Source: Gammaproteobacteria bacterium
Lineage (GTDB): Bacteria > Pseudomonadota > Gammaproteobacteria > SZUA-152
Direction of reading: 5' to 3'
Assembly (NCBI GenBank): GCA_021647705.1
Contig: JAKIUF010000004.1
Coordinates: 74,878 to 138,877 of the forward strand
Length of the DNA stretch: 64,000 nt
The notes below the pieces were generated by a model. It was not told the DNA's origin, did not search any database, and saw only the letters and a list, made by a program, of their open reading frames with translations. The position numbers and the translations under genes are program-made. Shown here in pieces: positions 1 to 10,367 of the stretch (positions are counted from its first letter, which is position 1; each line of letters starts with the position of its first letter).

Positions 1-105
1 TTTATAAAATCATAAACTTACGGTTCTGCTCAAAAATAACCTGGACCACAAAGTGAGCGTATTCGATATACAAATATTATATGCTTAAAAAATTATGGAA
101 GATAA

Positions 106-435
106 ATGGAACTTGAAATTTTTATAAAAGAGACTTTGGTTCAAGTATCAAATGGCATTAAATCAGCAAATGAAGATTTAGCGCCAGAAAGAAAAAAAGA
201 AGACGGTACAAATTTACCAAAACTATTTTTACTTTCTCCTGGTAAAAACCAAGATCTAGGTAGTGGCATTCACTTTGATGTTGCCGTTACAACCAAAACA
301 AACGATGAAGGCGGTGGCGGCGCTAAAGTAAAATTGGCAATTTTTGAAGCTGACCTCGGCGGTAAACTCAAATCATCAGGGCAAGCTGTTTCAAGAATTC
401 AGTTTTCTATAAATGTAAATCAGTGGCATGGTTAA
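106..435 (+). CDS. hypothetical small protein (Gly-rich centre)
   Basis: 109-aa ORF in an AT-rich accessory region; no recognisable motif. Confidence 0.3.
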   Translation: MELEIFIKETLVQVSNGIKSANEDLAPERKKEDGTNLPKLFLLSPGKNQDLGSGIHFDVAVTTKTNDEGGGGAKVKLAIFEADLGGKLKSSGQAVSRIQFSINVNQWHG

Positions 436-506
436 TAAAAAAGCAGATAACAAGTCACTGCGGTTGACCAATAATACGCCGCTTCACTCAACCAAACAAA
501 ATAAAA

Positions 507-1215
507 CTAGAGAGCGTTTAAAAGCCATTTTATCGAGTGATTGCGGGGTAACGGCGAAGGACAATCGTCGTTTTGTGGAAGAAGTGCTGTGAATAACTCG
601 AACGGGCCCACCCTGGTGAGACTTACCGGCGTACTTTGGCCATTGACACCGAGTGTATGTGCGTTATAACCGCTGGTCACATAAGGGAGTCTGGACACGG
701 GTTTTTGAGTGAGCCGGATTTGAAATACTTGATGGTCGATGGAAGTATTGTACGGGTGCATCAACATGGCGCACCCAAAAAAAGAACAAAAAACGGAAGC
801 GGTAGGCAAGTCACGCGGAGGATTGAGCACAAAGACCCATGCGGCGGTGAATGGATTAGGTAATCCAGTACGCCTGTTATTAACCAGAGGACAAGCCTCG
901 GAATATGGCCAATCTCAAGCACTTATTGAAGGATATAGGGCATAGCATGTACTGGGAGACAAAGGCTATGATTCAGATGAATTTATCTGTACGGTAGAAA
1001 TGAGTGGTGCCGTGCCTAGTAGTACCACCGAGGAAAAACAGAAAATGGGCAAGAGAATATGACAAGGACATTCATAAAGAGCGTAATTTGGTGGAACGGT
1101 CTTTTCAGAAGGCAAAACACTTCCGTCGCATCGCCACCCGCTATGAGCTGTTGGGAAGAAACTATTTGGCCATGCTCAGTTTGGTTGCCTCGGTCATTTG
1201 GCTGGCTTAATTGAG
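507..1215 (+). mobile_element. IS5-family (IS427-like) transposase remnant, frameshifted
   Basis: Three consecutive ORFs in three frames (636..863, 739..945, 1004..1210) carry IS5-type motifs (NRRFVEEVLWI..RTGP, GGLSTKTHAAVNGLGNPV, ERNLVERSFQKAKHFRRIATRYE). Confidence 0.7.
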
Positions 1216-1834
1216 AATGCCCTCTAGGTAATATTTGTGTTTAGCTAGTTTTAAGGGGTCGAAAATTAATATTCCAATTAAAAAAAAAAGATATATAGCT
1301 ATAGTTTGGATTTTACTTTGGTTGCCTATTAGTCAGTTATTTCCAGAAAATAGCCACTTTCCCTTAGGGCCAATGTTAGCGCCAGTTACAGCATGGTTAG
1401 CACCATTTTCTGTAGGGTCTCAAAGTAACTTTTTATTTGACCTTCAGTATTTATACTTCCCAGCATTATTTTTTTGGGGGGGAGGCTTTATGTCAGTGTA
1501 TTGGATAAATAAACTATCTGGAGGAGTGAAATAGTATGAAATATGATGGGCACGTAAAGATAACGAGAAAGGCCATGGAAAAACTGAAAAATAATTGCCC
1601 TATTTCAACTGGTATATGCAATGCCCCTATGTTTGAAAAGGCGAGAAGGGTTTGGCTGAGCGATGAAAAAAAAGTAATCCTTCCGATAATTATTCGTCTG
1701 CAATAGTTAATTATATAACCCATAGTATTACCCCTGATATTATAAGGCTGGCTTCTCTTCCCGATGTCGTAGCATTTGTTGATCTAAAGGAAAGGTGGAC
1801 TCACGAACACCCTGACGGGCAGCGCTATCATTTT

Positions 1835-2338
1835 ATGCGTGCACCTGGGGAGTCGAGCAAACAAGCGTTTGATAACGGTGTAAGATTTATCAAAACACAC
1901 ACTGAAAATTGGGTGGAAATGGCAATAGTATCGATGGAAAGTGATGTTAAAAATAATAGACCTTTACAAAATGCCACCTGGAAAAATACACGCACTTATG
2001 TTTGGGAGTTAGCGCTGGCTCTACATGCTCTTCAAGACTCATTTTCTCCTGGGCACGTGAGTAGAAAAAAAACCGTTAAACTAGCGCCAGATCATCCAGG
2101 CATTACAAATTGGTCTGCACCTGTATCGGAACTGTACATCTATTCGGAACAAGACCATGACAAACATGGAGAGCACGATTATAACTCTGGAGGCACGGAT
2201 TCTAAATGGGGGAATGCGGCAGTCAATGCTTCAATTTCACTAATGTCTGTGGGTATAGTATCTATCGCACAGAAAAACAAAAATCTTGTTGGCTGGGACC
2301 AATTTAAACTGAAGTGGCTGAAATCATCTTTACAATGA
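1835..2338 (+). CDS. hypothetical protein (HALQDSFSPGH motif, possibly a metal-dependent hydrolase)
   Basis: 167-aa ORF with coding-like composition; weak motif only. Confidence 0.35.
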   Translation: MRAPGESSKQAFDNGVRFIKTHTENWVEMAIVSMESDVKNNRPLQNATWKNTRTYVWELALALHALQDSFSPGHVSRKKTVKLAPDHPGITNWSAPVSELYIYSEQDHDKHGEHDYNSGGTDSKWGNAAVNASISLMSVGIVSIAQKNKNLVGWDQFKLKWLKSSLQ

Positions 2339-2426
2339 TGTTCATGTACGTGATATAGAGCAATCAAGCCTATTTTGCTTTCTTATTTAGTTTTCTGACC
2401 AAAGTTACGAACACCGCAAACAATGG

Positions 2427-2885
2427 GTGGTGGATAAACTCGCTGAATTAGCCGGTGTTTTTTCTATCGATGTCTGTGCTTATGCCGTCACCACCCCGGA
2501 AACCTCAGACTACACATCCATTCAGGCACGGATACGAGCCCATCAAAGCTCGACCTCACCCCCTGAACAAGATCAAGCTCAATCACACTCCTCCCCGACG
2601 ACCGTCAAACTGGCCGATTTCATTGGAGATGAACACAAAGAACAACCCGAAGGCATCGCCTTTTCATACCCGGATTACCTGGAACTCGTGGACTGGAGTG
2701 GTCGGGCCATACGCGATGATAAAGCTGGAGCGATTGCTGACAACTTACCGCCCATATTAGCTAGGCTGGGGATTGAACAACAAAGCTGGCTGGATATGAT
2801 CAATCACTACGAGCAACGATTCTTCAGGGCTGTAGGCGCGATGGACAAACTGAAACAGTTTGCCCATCGGTTAGGCCAGTGTTGA
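2427..2885 (+). pseudogene. C-terminal fragment of a COG1943/RayT-like (IS200-like) transposase
   Basis: RAIRDDKAGAI..LPPILARLGIEQQSWL is typical of the C-terminal extension of REP-associated tyrosine transposases; the N-terminal HuH domain is absent. Confidence 0.45.
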
Positions 2886-3099
2886 ATGAAAGGGCAGCCT
2901 GCGGACAAGTGCGCTTATAAACAGACACTGCCCACATAACCCTCAATCATTTTCTTCAGGTTTTTATTTTCAGGTCGTCTGAGTAACAGGCGAAGGTCTT
3001 CTGTTGCCTTATATTTGATTATTATATTTCTTATTATTTGACAAAACCTCTCTCAGGAATTAAAGTCTAGTCATACTAGTCCGTTAAATAGATGTAATT

Positions 3100-3354
3100 A
3101 TGAAAAATAATACATGGCAATTACAAGAAGCAAAGAGCAAATTTAGCCAGCTGGTTGAAGATGCAATGAATAAGGAACCACAAATCGTCACAAAACATGG
3201 TGACAAAGCAGTAGTGGTTTTATCATTTGAGGAATATATTAAAATCACTAAGCCACAAACGGATTTGATAAGATTTTTGAGAGAGTCTCCATTGGCAAAA
3301 GTGACACTTGAAGCTACAAGGAGTAAAGATATCCCAAGGGATATCAGCTTATGA
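3100..3354 (+). CDS. type II antitoxin, Phd/YefM family
   Basis: 84 aa; KHGDKAVVVLSFEEYIKI motif; 4-nt overlap with the downstream PIN toxin. Confidence 0.75.
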   Translation: MKNNTWQLQEAKSKFSQLVEDAMNKEPQIVTKHGDKAVVVLSFEEYIKITKPQTDLIRFLRESPLAKVTLEATRSKDIPRDISL

Positions 3355-3779
3355 AATATCTTCTTGATACCTGTGTAATTTCAGAAATTATAAAACCGAA
3401 AGCTGATAGAAAGGTTATCGGGTGGCTAAAAAAGCAAGATGAAGCAAATTTATATCTCAGTGTGCTCACATTTGGTGAGATTGAAAAAGACATTGAAAAA
3501 TCAGTTGATGGAAGGAAAAAAAATAAACTTAGATTGTGGGTCGAGGAAGACCTAAAGCAACGTTTTGAAGGGCGAATACTCCCAATAGATATGCAAGTCG
3601 CATCTAAGTGGGGAAAAATACAAGGTAAGTCAGAGGCAGCAGGTAAACCGCTCCCTTCAATTGATGGCTTAATAGCGGTTACAGGACTAGTAAATAATTG
3701 TGTTGTAGTTACAAGAAATATATCGGATATGGAACAAAGCTCAGTGGCATTACACAACCCTTGGGATAATAATACATAA
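3351..3779 (+). CDS. vapC: PIN-domain toxin (VapC/FitB-like)
   Basis: MKYLLDTCVISE..D..LSVLTFGEIE is the PIN acidic-residue pattern; paired with the antitoxin. Confidence 0.75.
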   Translation: MKYLLDTCVISEIIKPKADRKVIGWLKKQDEANLYLSVLTFGEIEKDIEKSVDGRKKNKLRLWVEEDLKQRFEGRILPIDMQVASKWGKIQGKSEAAGKPLPSIDGLIAVTGLVNNCVVVTRNISDMEQSSVALHNPWDNNT

Positions 3780-3830
3780 CAAGACGCTTTAACCACCTGG
3801 TTATAGGCGACCTTATAAGGCTCCCCCACT

Positions 3831-4184
3831 ATGAAACGACTGCTAGTATTTCTTTTTGTTGGTTTTGGCCTTTATCAAGCTTGGCAAGAAGTTTCTACAT
3901 GGGGTGGCATTGAGCCTCTGTATGCCGAGTCATACGTTGTAGTGTATGGCAGAGACTCTTGTGGCTGGACGCAAAAAATGATCAGGGACCTGGAAGCATC
4001 CAATGTCGATTATTATTACCGCATCGTCGACGAAACGTCTACTGCAGACGTGCTACATTCGAGAATGGAACAGTCAGGCATCTCTACACGTCGCTATAAT
4101 TTGCCGGTAGTAGACGTCAATGGACAACTCAGCGTGAGACCTGATGTTAACGATATTCTTCCTCTATACAAAGAAGCCCTATAA
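3831..4184 (+). CDS. glutaredoxin-like protein with N-terminal hydrophobic segment
   Basis: VVVYGRDSCGWTQKMIRDLE is a thioredoxin-fold CxxT/C motif; N-terminal TM/signal segment. Confidence 0.5.
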   Translation: MKRLLVFLFVGFGLYQAWQEVSTWGGIEPLYAESYVVVYGRDSCGWTQKMIRDLEASNVDYYYRIVDETSTADVLHSRMEQSGISTRRYNLPVVDVNGQLSVRPDVNDILPLYKEAL

Positions 4185-4396
4185 CCGTATCAATGAGCTC
4201 AGACTTTCGATTAATTTTAAAAATATTGAAAAGTTATGAACTACTCACGAAGCAGTGTCGAAAGAATGAGAAGAAAGGTTAAAAAAATTGGAAATTATCG
4301 AAAATCAAATGAGCCTGACTCCATCTATATATTGAGAAATATCGAGCTCAACTTGGGTATGGTTATATATTGCCATACCCAAGTGACCAACGTTTA

Positions 4397-4960
4397 TTAG
4401 GGATTAATGCCAAATTTTTCGGTTAAAAAACTGTTTAATGGGGTGATTTTAGAGATGAGGGTTAGCTCAGCCAAGGCAATTTTATGCACGGTTTCTCCGG
4501 GTATAATAGTCCCGTCAAATTCAAGTGAGCGTGTTGCACAAGAATCTTGAATGATCGTAGTTTCAAAACCTCTTTCCATTGCGGCTCTTGCTGTTGTACT
4601 CACACACATGTGAGTCATCATTCCAGCAAGCACTAAATGTTTAATATTGTTCTCTTTTAAATATTCTTCTAGCTTCGTCTGCCAAAAGGCGTTGGGATAG
4701 TGTTTGGTAAAACAAGCCTCATCACCTGAAGGTTTAATACTATCGTGGATTTTTTGTCCAAAGCTTCCTGGTAGCATTAACCCCATTTCTTGCTTGGTCG
4801 TTTCGTGTTGAATATGAACGATGGGTAATTTTTTATCCCTGAAAATATCGAGTAAACGACGAGCTTTTGTTGCTGCATCAATTACCTCATCCAGCACTAG
4901 TGCGCCGTTAGGAAAATAGTCATTTTGAATATCAATTATCACTATTGCCGTGTTCTTCAT
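4397..4960 (-). CDS. isochorismatase-family cysteine hydrolase
   Basis: IVIIDIQNDY..LVLAGMMTHMCVSTTARAA is the isochorismatase catalytic Cys motif. Confidence 0.8.
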   Translation of the reverse strand: MKNTAIVIIDIQNDYFPNGALVLDEVIDAATKARRLLDIFRDKKLPIVHIQHETTKQEMGLMLPGSFGQKIHDSIKPSGDEACFTKHYPNAFWQTKLEEYLKENNIKHLVLAGMMTHMCVSTTARAAMERGFETTIIQDSCATRSLEFDGTIIPGETVHKIALAELTLISKITPLNSFLTEKFGINP

Positions 4961-5017
4961 TTTAATTTCTCCCCTGGGTTAATGGAGAATAGGTTATAGA
5001 CATCGAGAAAAAAAAGA

Positions 5018-5977
5018 ATGGCTAAAAAGGACTTTAAATGGTTAAATAACGCCATCATGAAAAATAAGTTGACGTTGTATATTCTTAATTATCCGGATGC
5101 GATGTCGTCAGCAATGACCGGCATAAAAGATATTTTCACTATCGCCAACCATCAGGCAGAGCGGGAATTATTCTCAGTTCATCCTTTAACGTCAATAGTG
5201 CCAAAAACTCGCGGGGAGCAAAGAGTTGTATTTATTCCACCGTGCTTGAGCAAGCAGTTACCTTCATTTTCTGACCCTGACATATTGGCATTACTAAGCC
5301 GCTGGCATAAGTCTGGAGCGGTTCTCGTTGCGGCTTGTGCGGGTGTCTTTTGGCTGGCTAATGCGGGATTATTGGACGGAAAACAAGCAACAACACATTG
5401 GAGGCTTTGCCAGCGACTATCTGATGGTTATCCGGCAATCAAGCAGGTCAGTGGCCGGGAGATGGTGGTTGACCAAGGAGATATAGTGACTGCCGCTGGT
5501 CTATATGCCTTTCAGGACTTGTCATTACACCTTATAGCGAGATTCTCAGGGTTTGAATTGGCCAAAAAAGTATCAGATTTTTGCTTGCTTGATCTTAATG
5601 GTAGGCTACAGGCGTACTACCAAAGATTTTATCCAGACTTTTCGCATGGTGATACATTAATGGTCAAAGCACAGCAATTTTGTTCTAGCCATCTTTGTCC
5701 AAGCATGAGTGTTTCACAGATTGCTAGTCACTGTCACATAAGTGAACGGACTTTGTTGCGTCGTTTTAAAGAGGCAACGGGTTTTACTCCAAAGCAATAT
5801 ATTATTCAGTTGAAAATTGAAAAAGCAAAACAGTTTATGGCGTTAGGAAAAATTAGTATTGATGAAATTGGCTATAATCTTGGTTACTCAGATACCAGTA
5901 ACTTTATAAAGATCTTTAAAAAAATTGCAGGGGTAACCCCCGCGGAATTCAGGGCTAAGCAAAGAATATTAAATTAG
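5018..5977 (+). CDS. GlxA-type AraC family regulator (DJ-1/PfpI domain plus AraC HTH)
   Basis: N-terminal DJ-1-like domain (VLVAACAGVFWLANAGLLDG); C-terminal AraC HTH (IGYNLGYSDTSNFIKIFKKIAGVTPAEFR). Confidence 0.8.
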   Translation: MAKKDFKWLNNAIMKNKLTLYILNYPDAMSSAMTGIKDIFTIANHQAERELFSVHPLTSIVPKTRGEQRVVFIPPCLSKQLPSFSDPDILALLSRWHKSGAVLVAACAGVFWLANAGLLDGKQATTHWRLCQRLSDGYPAIKQVSGREMVVDQGDIVTAAGLYAFQDLSLHLIARFSGFELAKKVSDFCLLDLNGRLQAYYQRFYPDFSHGDTLMVKAQQFCSSHLCPSMSVSQIASHCHISERTLLRRFKEATGFTPKQYIIQLKIEKAKQFMALGKISIDEIGYNLGYSDTSNFIKIFKKIAGVTPAEFRAKQRILN

Positions 5978-6048
5978 TCGTAAATATGTCTTATGTGGTA
6001 GAAATGCTCTTCTCACAACAACGTCCATGGGGTGTTGACATCCCCATG

Positions 6049-6996
6049 TTATTTTTCAGACTCAAAAACTGCTTCCAAAAACCTTGTTTTCGATATGTTA
6101 CTGACGTCCTCCGCAATTTGCATCATTTGCCAATGTTTGTTCACATTATCCGTGCCAGGAGTATCGATGTGATATTTCCAGAAACGCCAACAAGAGGTTG
6201 CAGCTGCCGCGTACTGAACAAATATTTGTAAGGTTTCTTTTTCTGTCTGCTCTAATTTTCTGACTTGTTGGTATCCACTGACCAGAGCGTGCGCCTTATC
6301 AAGCACCACGGTCGCATTTTCGACACACAGCCCGAGAATTCCCATCCCTAGATCAAATGCTTTGTAATAGTGACAAGCTTCTTCAAAATCGATAATTGCT
6401 CTGAATTTTTTTTCCTCAAATATCACATTGTCATAAAACAAATCACCATGAATCAGCCCACAAGGCAGGCTGCTCAGGATGTTTTGTTTAAGATAATCGT
6501 GCTGTTTCGCCAGCCAGGATTCATACTCTGTATTGATATTACGACCAATGACATTTGAAAAAACCTGTAGCCCGTAGGCGTGTTTATCAGGTAAAAAATC
6601 AGGTGCAGGCACCTCATGTAATCGGGCCATTTCCATGCCCACCTGGTGCAACATATCATCATCCAGATTTTCACAAACCTGTCCATTTACATAGGCCTTC
6701 AACATCACAGGTTTATTCCTGTATTTTGTGATGACAGGTTGATTTATGGGAGGCAACAGACGTGTAGCGGGAAAATTGTGTGTTTTAAGCAGTAACAGTA
6801 AATGGCCCATGTTGGCCGCATCGCTCAGGCTTTTATCATCGCAAACGGTTAATACATATTTACCATTCCCAGTGTGCAACAAATAACTGGAATTGCCTGC
6901 GCCACCGTCAATAACCTCAAAGCGGGTGACCACAAGGTTATAATCGGCGGTTATTTTCTGGATGTCACTTTGATGCAGTTGTGTATATCTGGCCAT
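6049..6996 (-). CDS. phosphotransferase, APH / homoserine kinase type II family
   Basis: LIHGDLFYDNVIF..IIDFEEA has the kinase-fold HGD and DFE motifs; 315 aa. Confidence 0.7.
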   Translation of the reverse strand: MARYTQLHQSDIQKITADYNLVVTRFEVIDGGAGNSSYLLHTGNGKYVLTVCDDKSLSDAANMGHLLLLLKTHNFPATRLLPPINQPVITKYRNKPVMLKAYVNGQVCENLDDDMLHQVGMEMARLHEVPAPDFLPDKHAYGLQVFSNVIGRNINTEYESWLAKQHDYLKQNILSSLPCGLIHGDLFYDNVIFEEKKFRAIIDFEEACHYYKAFDLGMGILGLCVENATVVLDKAHALVSGYQQVRKLEQTEKETLQIFVQYAAAATSCWRFWKYHIDTPGTDNVNKHWQMMQIAEDVSNISKTRFLEAVFESEK

Positions 6997-7126
6997 TATG
7001 ATTTATAACATTTTCTCTGTAAAATGGTTTGCTAGAAGTTTCTGGCGGACTGGTCAGGGAATATGTATGCCCCTGACCGGTAGAATCATTTTCCTTGGCG
7101 GAAAAAGTTTGATGTTTCTCAAGAAA

Positions 7127-7900
7127 CTATCCTGATTGTGCATATGCCAGTTGATCAGGCCGTTCGAGATCCGGCTCATGAGAATAGCCTATCAGTAGCG
7201 TGTCACGAATGGCCTGTTTGCGAGGGTTCTCCGGGAGAAGGGCGCTGACTCCGTGCATGACCCGCGGATCCCACAGAATCATCGAATCCATGGGTTGGCT
7301 CAATGTGCAGCTTTCCAGTGGATTTCGGTCATTGTCATAAATGGTGCTGATACCACCAACAGCATTTTTTCGACTAACAAGATGTATGCAAACAAAATCA
7401 TTTTCGTCGTGATGAATTCCTTCAGGCGTGGGCAAGCCTTCGACATCTGGTGTGCCCACAACTCGTATTTGATGCACGTCAAGCCTCCATGGTTGTCGAG
7501 CCTTTTTCAGGCTCACCGGGAGCTGACAAAAATTAAATTTAATCAGATTATGGAGAAATTTATTTTGGAGTGTCGAATCTAGCAATGGCGCAAAATCACG
7601 TTCAATGCCGCCCGCATAGCTATTGAGTTCACTCGACTGGAAATAAGGTGTTGGAGGATAAGGCAAAATTTCTCCAGTGTCTGGTAGAAAATAAATGTAG
7701 GCAAACCGTCGTAGCCTAAAGCAGGCATTATCTTTCAGGTAGTTATCCGCCTGCAAATCATTCCAACCCATCGAAAAATGATGCCAGTCATCCAGCAATC
7801 GTGGGGCCACAGAAAAATCATCGGCCAAAATTTTTGCATATTTATTCTCCTTTAACTCAGAACAAATATCCAAATTAGTCGTAATCGGGTTTTTGACCAT
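7127..7900 (-). CDS. hypothetical protein, possibly a 2OG-Fe dioxygenase-like family member
   Basis: 257 aa; H..D...H-like spacing (IHHDENDFVCIHL ... VMHGVS); weak. Confidence 0.35.
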   Translation of the reverse strand: MVKNPITTNLDICSELKENKYAKILADDFSVAPRLLDDWHHFSMGWNDLQADNYLKDNACFRLRRFAYIYFLPDTGEILPYPPTPYFQSSELNSYAGGIERDFAPLLDSTLQNKFLHNLIKFNFCQLPVSLKKARQPWRLDVHQIRVVGTPDVEGLPTPEGIHHDENDFVCIHLVSRKNAVGGISTIYDNDRNPLESCTLSQPMDSMILWDPRVMHGVSALLPENPRKQAIRDTLLIGYSHEPDLERPDQLAYAQSG

Positions 7901-8439
7901 TTACCTTTTTTCCTTTTTTGGTAATTGATAAGACAAGCACTCATTACTGCCATAAAATTTCTGCATCGTTAAATAGAATGGCTGAAATGTAAGGGACGTA
8001 CACAAGTCAGAATGCAAAAGACCATCCCGGGCGACGTGCAGAGTTAATGCTATTGATGTGTGAGGGTTTAAACGATGACAGGTTTTTTTGTTATGCTTCT
8101 GCTGGCTTTATCGTTGGTCGATGACTAATGATTTTTGCCTTTATATTTTTTCCTGTATTACATTTTACTCATTTATGCCTATATTTTTCTTTGGGCTAAT
8201 TACTCATTTTTTTACCTTTTATTTTTTCATTAACCGCTAACAGCGGGCATCAGGAAGTGGCATGTTTCTGTTATCCGGTTCCCCGCTGCCTGACCCGGAG
8301 CGCACAGTACCATAAAGTAATGTTTTATGAGTGTTTTTCTTATCCAGAAAGACCGAAAACAAACTCGTGGTTTTCTATAACAGTAAAAGAGCTTTCTTTG
8401 TTGTTAAGCTGGTATCGCTCACAAGGGATGAGGCTTATA

Positions 8440-8650
8440 CCACGTAAACCACGTTTTTCTTGCCGGATGTGCCAGCTCATATTGTTCAGCGAGACACCAT
8501 CGTGAGTCGGTGTTTTTTAGGACAGTGATTATCAGGTCTATCTCTGCTGGTTGTTGGAGGCGGCTGAGCGTTATGATTGCGACATTCATGCTTACATGCT
8601 GATAACGAACCACATCCACATTTTATCAACGCCACATGAAACGCAGGGAA
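8440..8650 (+). pseudogene. N-terminal HuH fragment of a COG1943/RayT-like transposase
   Basis: Translation VPAHIVQRD...RYDCDIHAYMLITNHIHILSTPHETQGINRV contains the HuH motif; interrupted by stops. Confidence 0.5.
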
Positions 8651-9067
8651 TCAATCGAGTCTGCTCCCATCGATAATCGACTAGCAACAATTTCTGGAAA
8701 GCAAAGACAGCTTACCGGCCTGTGCCACATGTGGTTTAAAATCAACCAAAATGGTTGACGTATTACCGCAGCGTCAGGCGGCATAGCACGTTGGTTGAAG
8801 TATAATCATTTGAATCGTGAGGATTGACGGTGCCCGAAGGAAAATAAATGCGCATTGTAAAGTCAGCGGCGACATGTTGAAATGAAAGAACCCGGTATTT
8901 CCTGGGTTACACGGAGAAAAAAGACCCATTGAATGGCCATGAACCTAACAGCTTGGCGATCTCAGTGGGATGACTCATCTAACAAGTCGATAAAGGCGAC
9001 ACTAAAAATAAGGTGGCGCTGCGCGTTTTGGTCTGGGGGAATGCCGCTTATCTAAGCGTTATATGCA

Positions 9068-9391
9068 ATGAAAAATAATCAATTAACAAAAGGTGAAAAT
9101 CGCCGTGTGATGTACGTCGAAAACAAGGATGGTGACATAGACGGTGTTGATGCACGAATTGGCTGGGTTACATTCTCAAAGTCGGGACGTAGCGTTTACT
9201 ATCGAGGTAAAACACTTAAACGCGCTAAAGGCGGAGGCATAGCCGGCAATCACTTTGACGAAGAAACTGGGGAGGAGTATTGGGTTTCTGGTATTAAGAA
9301 ACGTGGGTCAAATGCACACTGGGCAGAATCCGCGAGTATCGCCGTGGATGATGACGCCAAAGAAGAATACGAGAGAATTTTGAATGAATAA
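9068..9391 (+). CDS. hypothetical protein
   Basis: 107-aa ORF; no motif. Confidence 0.3.
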   Translation: MKNNQLTKGENRRVMYVENKDGDIDGVDARIGWVTFSKSGRSVYYRGKTLKRAKGGGIAGNHFDEETGEEYWVSGIKKRGSNAHWAESASIAVDDDAKEEYERILNE

Positions 9392-9592
9392 AGCATATAA
9401 CAAATCATTAAACTGGGTCGGCGCAAAAAATGCGCCTCCCGGCTAACTCAAACGTTAGCAAAATATGGCCGGTTTGTTGGACAAGCCCGTTGGCTGGCAA
9501 TATGGATTTGTTATGCTAAAGTAGCTGAATCAGTCATTTGCTGTTGGAGTGCAAGAAACCAAAATTCCGCACGCACCGAAAACAGTGTGAAT

Positions 9593-10321
9593 TTATTTAC
9601 GCACATCCTTGATACACATGGCTTTTCCATCATTTCTCATTTCCACATCAAATAATTCACTGGCTCTTATCAAGTCACCCAGTTTCTTGTAACCATAATT
9701 GATGGATGAAAAAGAGCTGTTGTTGGATATATAGTGGCCGACTCTGCTCATGTCTGCCCAGCCATCATCATCGGATGTTTGTTCAACAGCCGTTCTCAGC
9801 AATCTGACGAGTGAAGTGTCTTTTCTGAGCTCCTTTTTACTTTTCTTGACCGGCTGTTGAGGCTTGTCCGTTTTCTCTTCTTCTGCTGAAGCGAGATTCT
9901 CTGTGTAAATAAAGGGCGAGCAGGCATCCACAAATGGCTTGGGTGTTTTCTTTTCTCCAAACCCATAAACAGGCAGTCCACTTTCCAATATTCTCAATAC
10001 AAGAGGAGTAAAGTCACTGTCGCTTGTCATCAATGCAAATGCATCCACATTTTTGCTGTAAAGCAAATCCATGGCATCGATAATCATCGCGGCATCTGTC
10101 GCATTCTTTCCTTTTGTGTATGCGAATTGTTGCATGGGCCTGATTGCGTAAGGGTGTAATCTGTCTATCCAGCCGGATAATGATGGGTTATTCCAGTCTC
10201 CATGCGCATGACGAATATTCACCATGCCATATTTTGCAAGTTCTTCGAGAACACCTTCAATGGAGTTATGACTCACATTGTCACAATCAATAAGAAGTGC
10301 TATTCGTTTCCGCTCTGCCAC
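9593..10321 (-). CDS. NYN-domain protein with C-terminal OST-HTH/LOTUS-like domain
   Basis: IALLIDCDNV...DAFALMTSDSDFTPLV is the NYN/LabA ribonuclease-fold motif; C-terminal part resembles an RNA-binding domain. Confidence 0.7.
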   Translation of the reverse strand: MAERKRIALLIDCDNVSHNSIEGVLEELAKYGMVNIRHAHGDWNNPSLSGWIDRLHPYAIRPMQQFAYTKGKNATDAAMIIDAMDLLYSKNVDAFALMTSDSDFTPLVLRILESGLPVYGFGEKKTPKPFVDACSPFIYTENLASAEEEKTDKPQQPVKKSKKELRKDTSLVRLLRTAVEQTSDDDGWADMSRVGHYISNNSSFSSINYGYKKLGDLIRASELFDVEMRNDGKAMCIKDVRK

Positions 10322-10367
10322 TGAAAGTCCGCCTAAATTTATAATCTGTTAAAGAAAGCCGAGTGGA

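Noticed and set aside
8257-8505. ORF 8257..8505 as an independent gene
   Set aside because: It is the wrong frame, or a decayed context, of the RayT-like HuH fragment. It has no features of its own.
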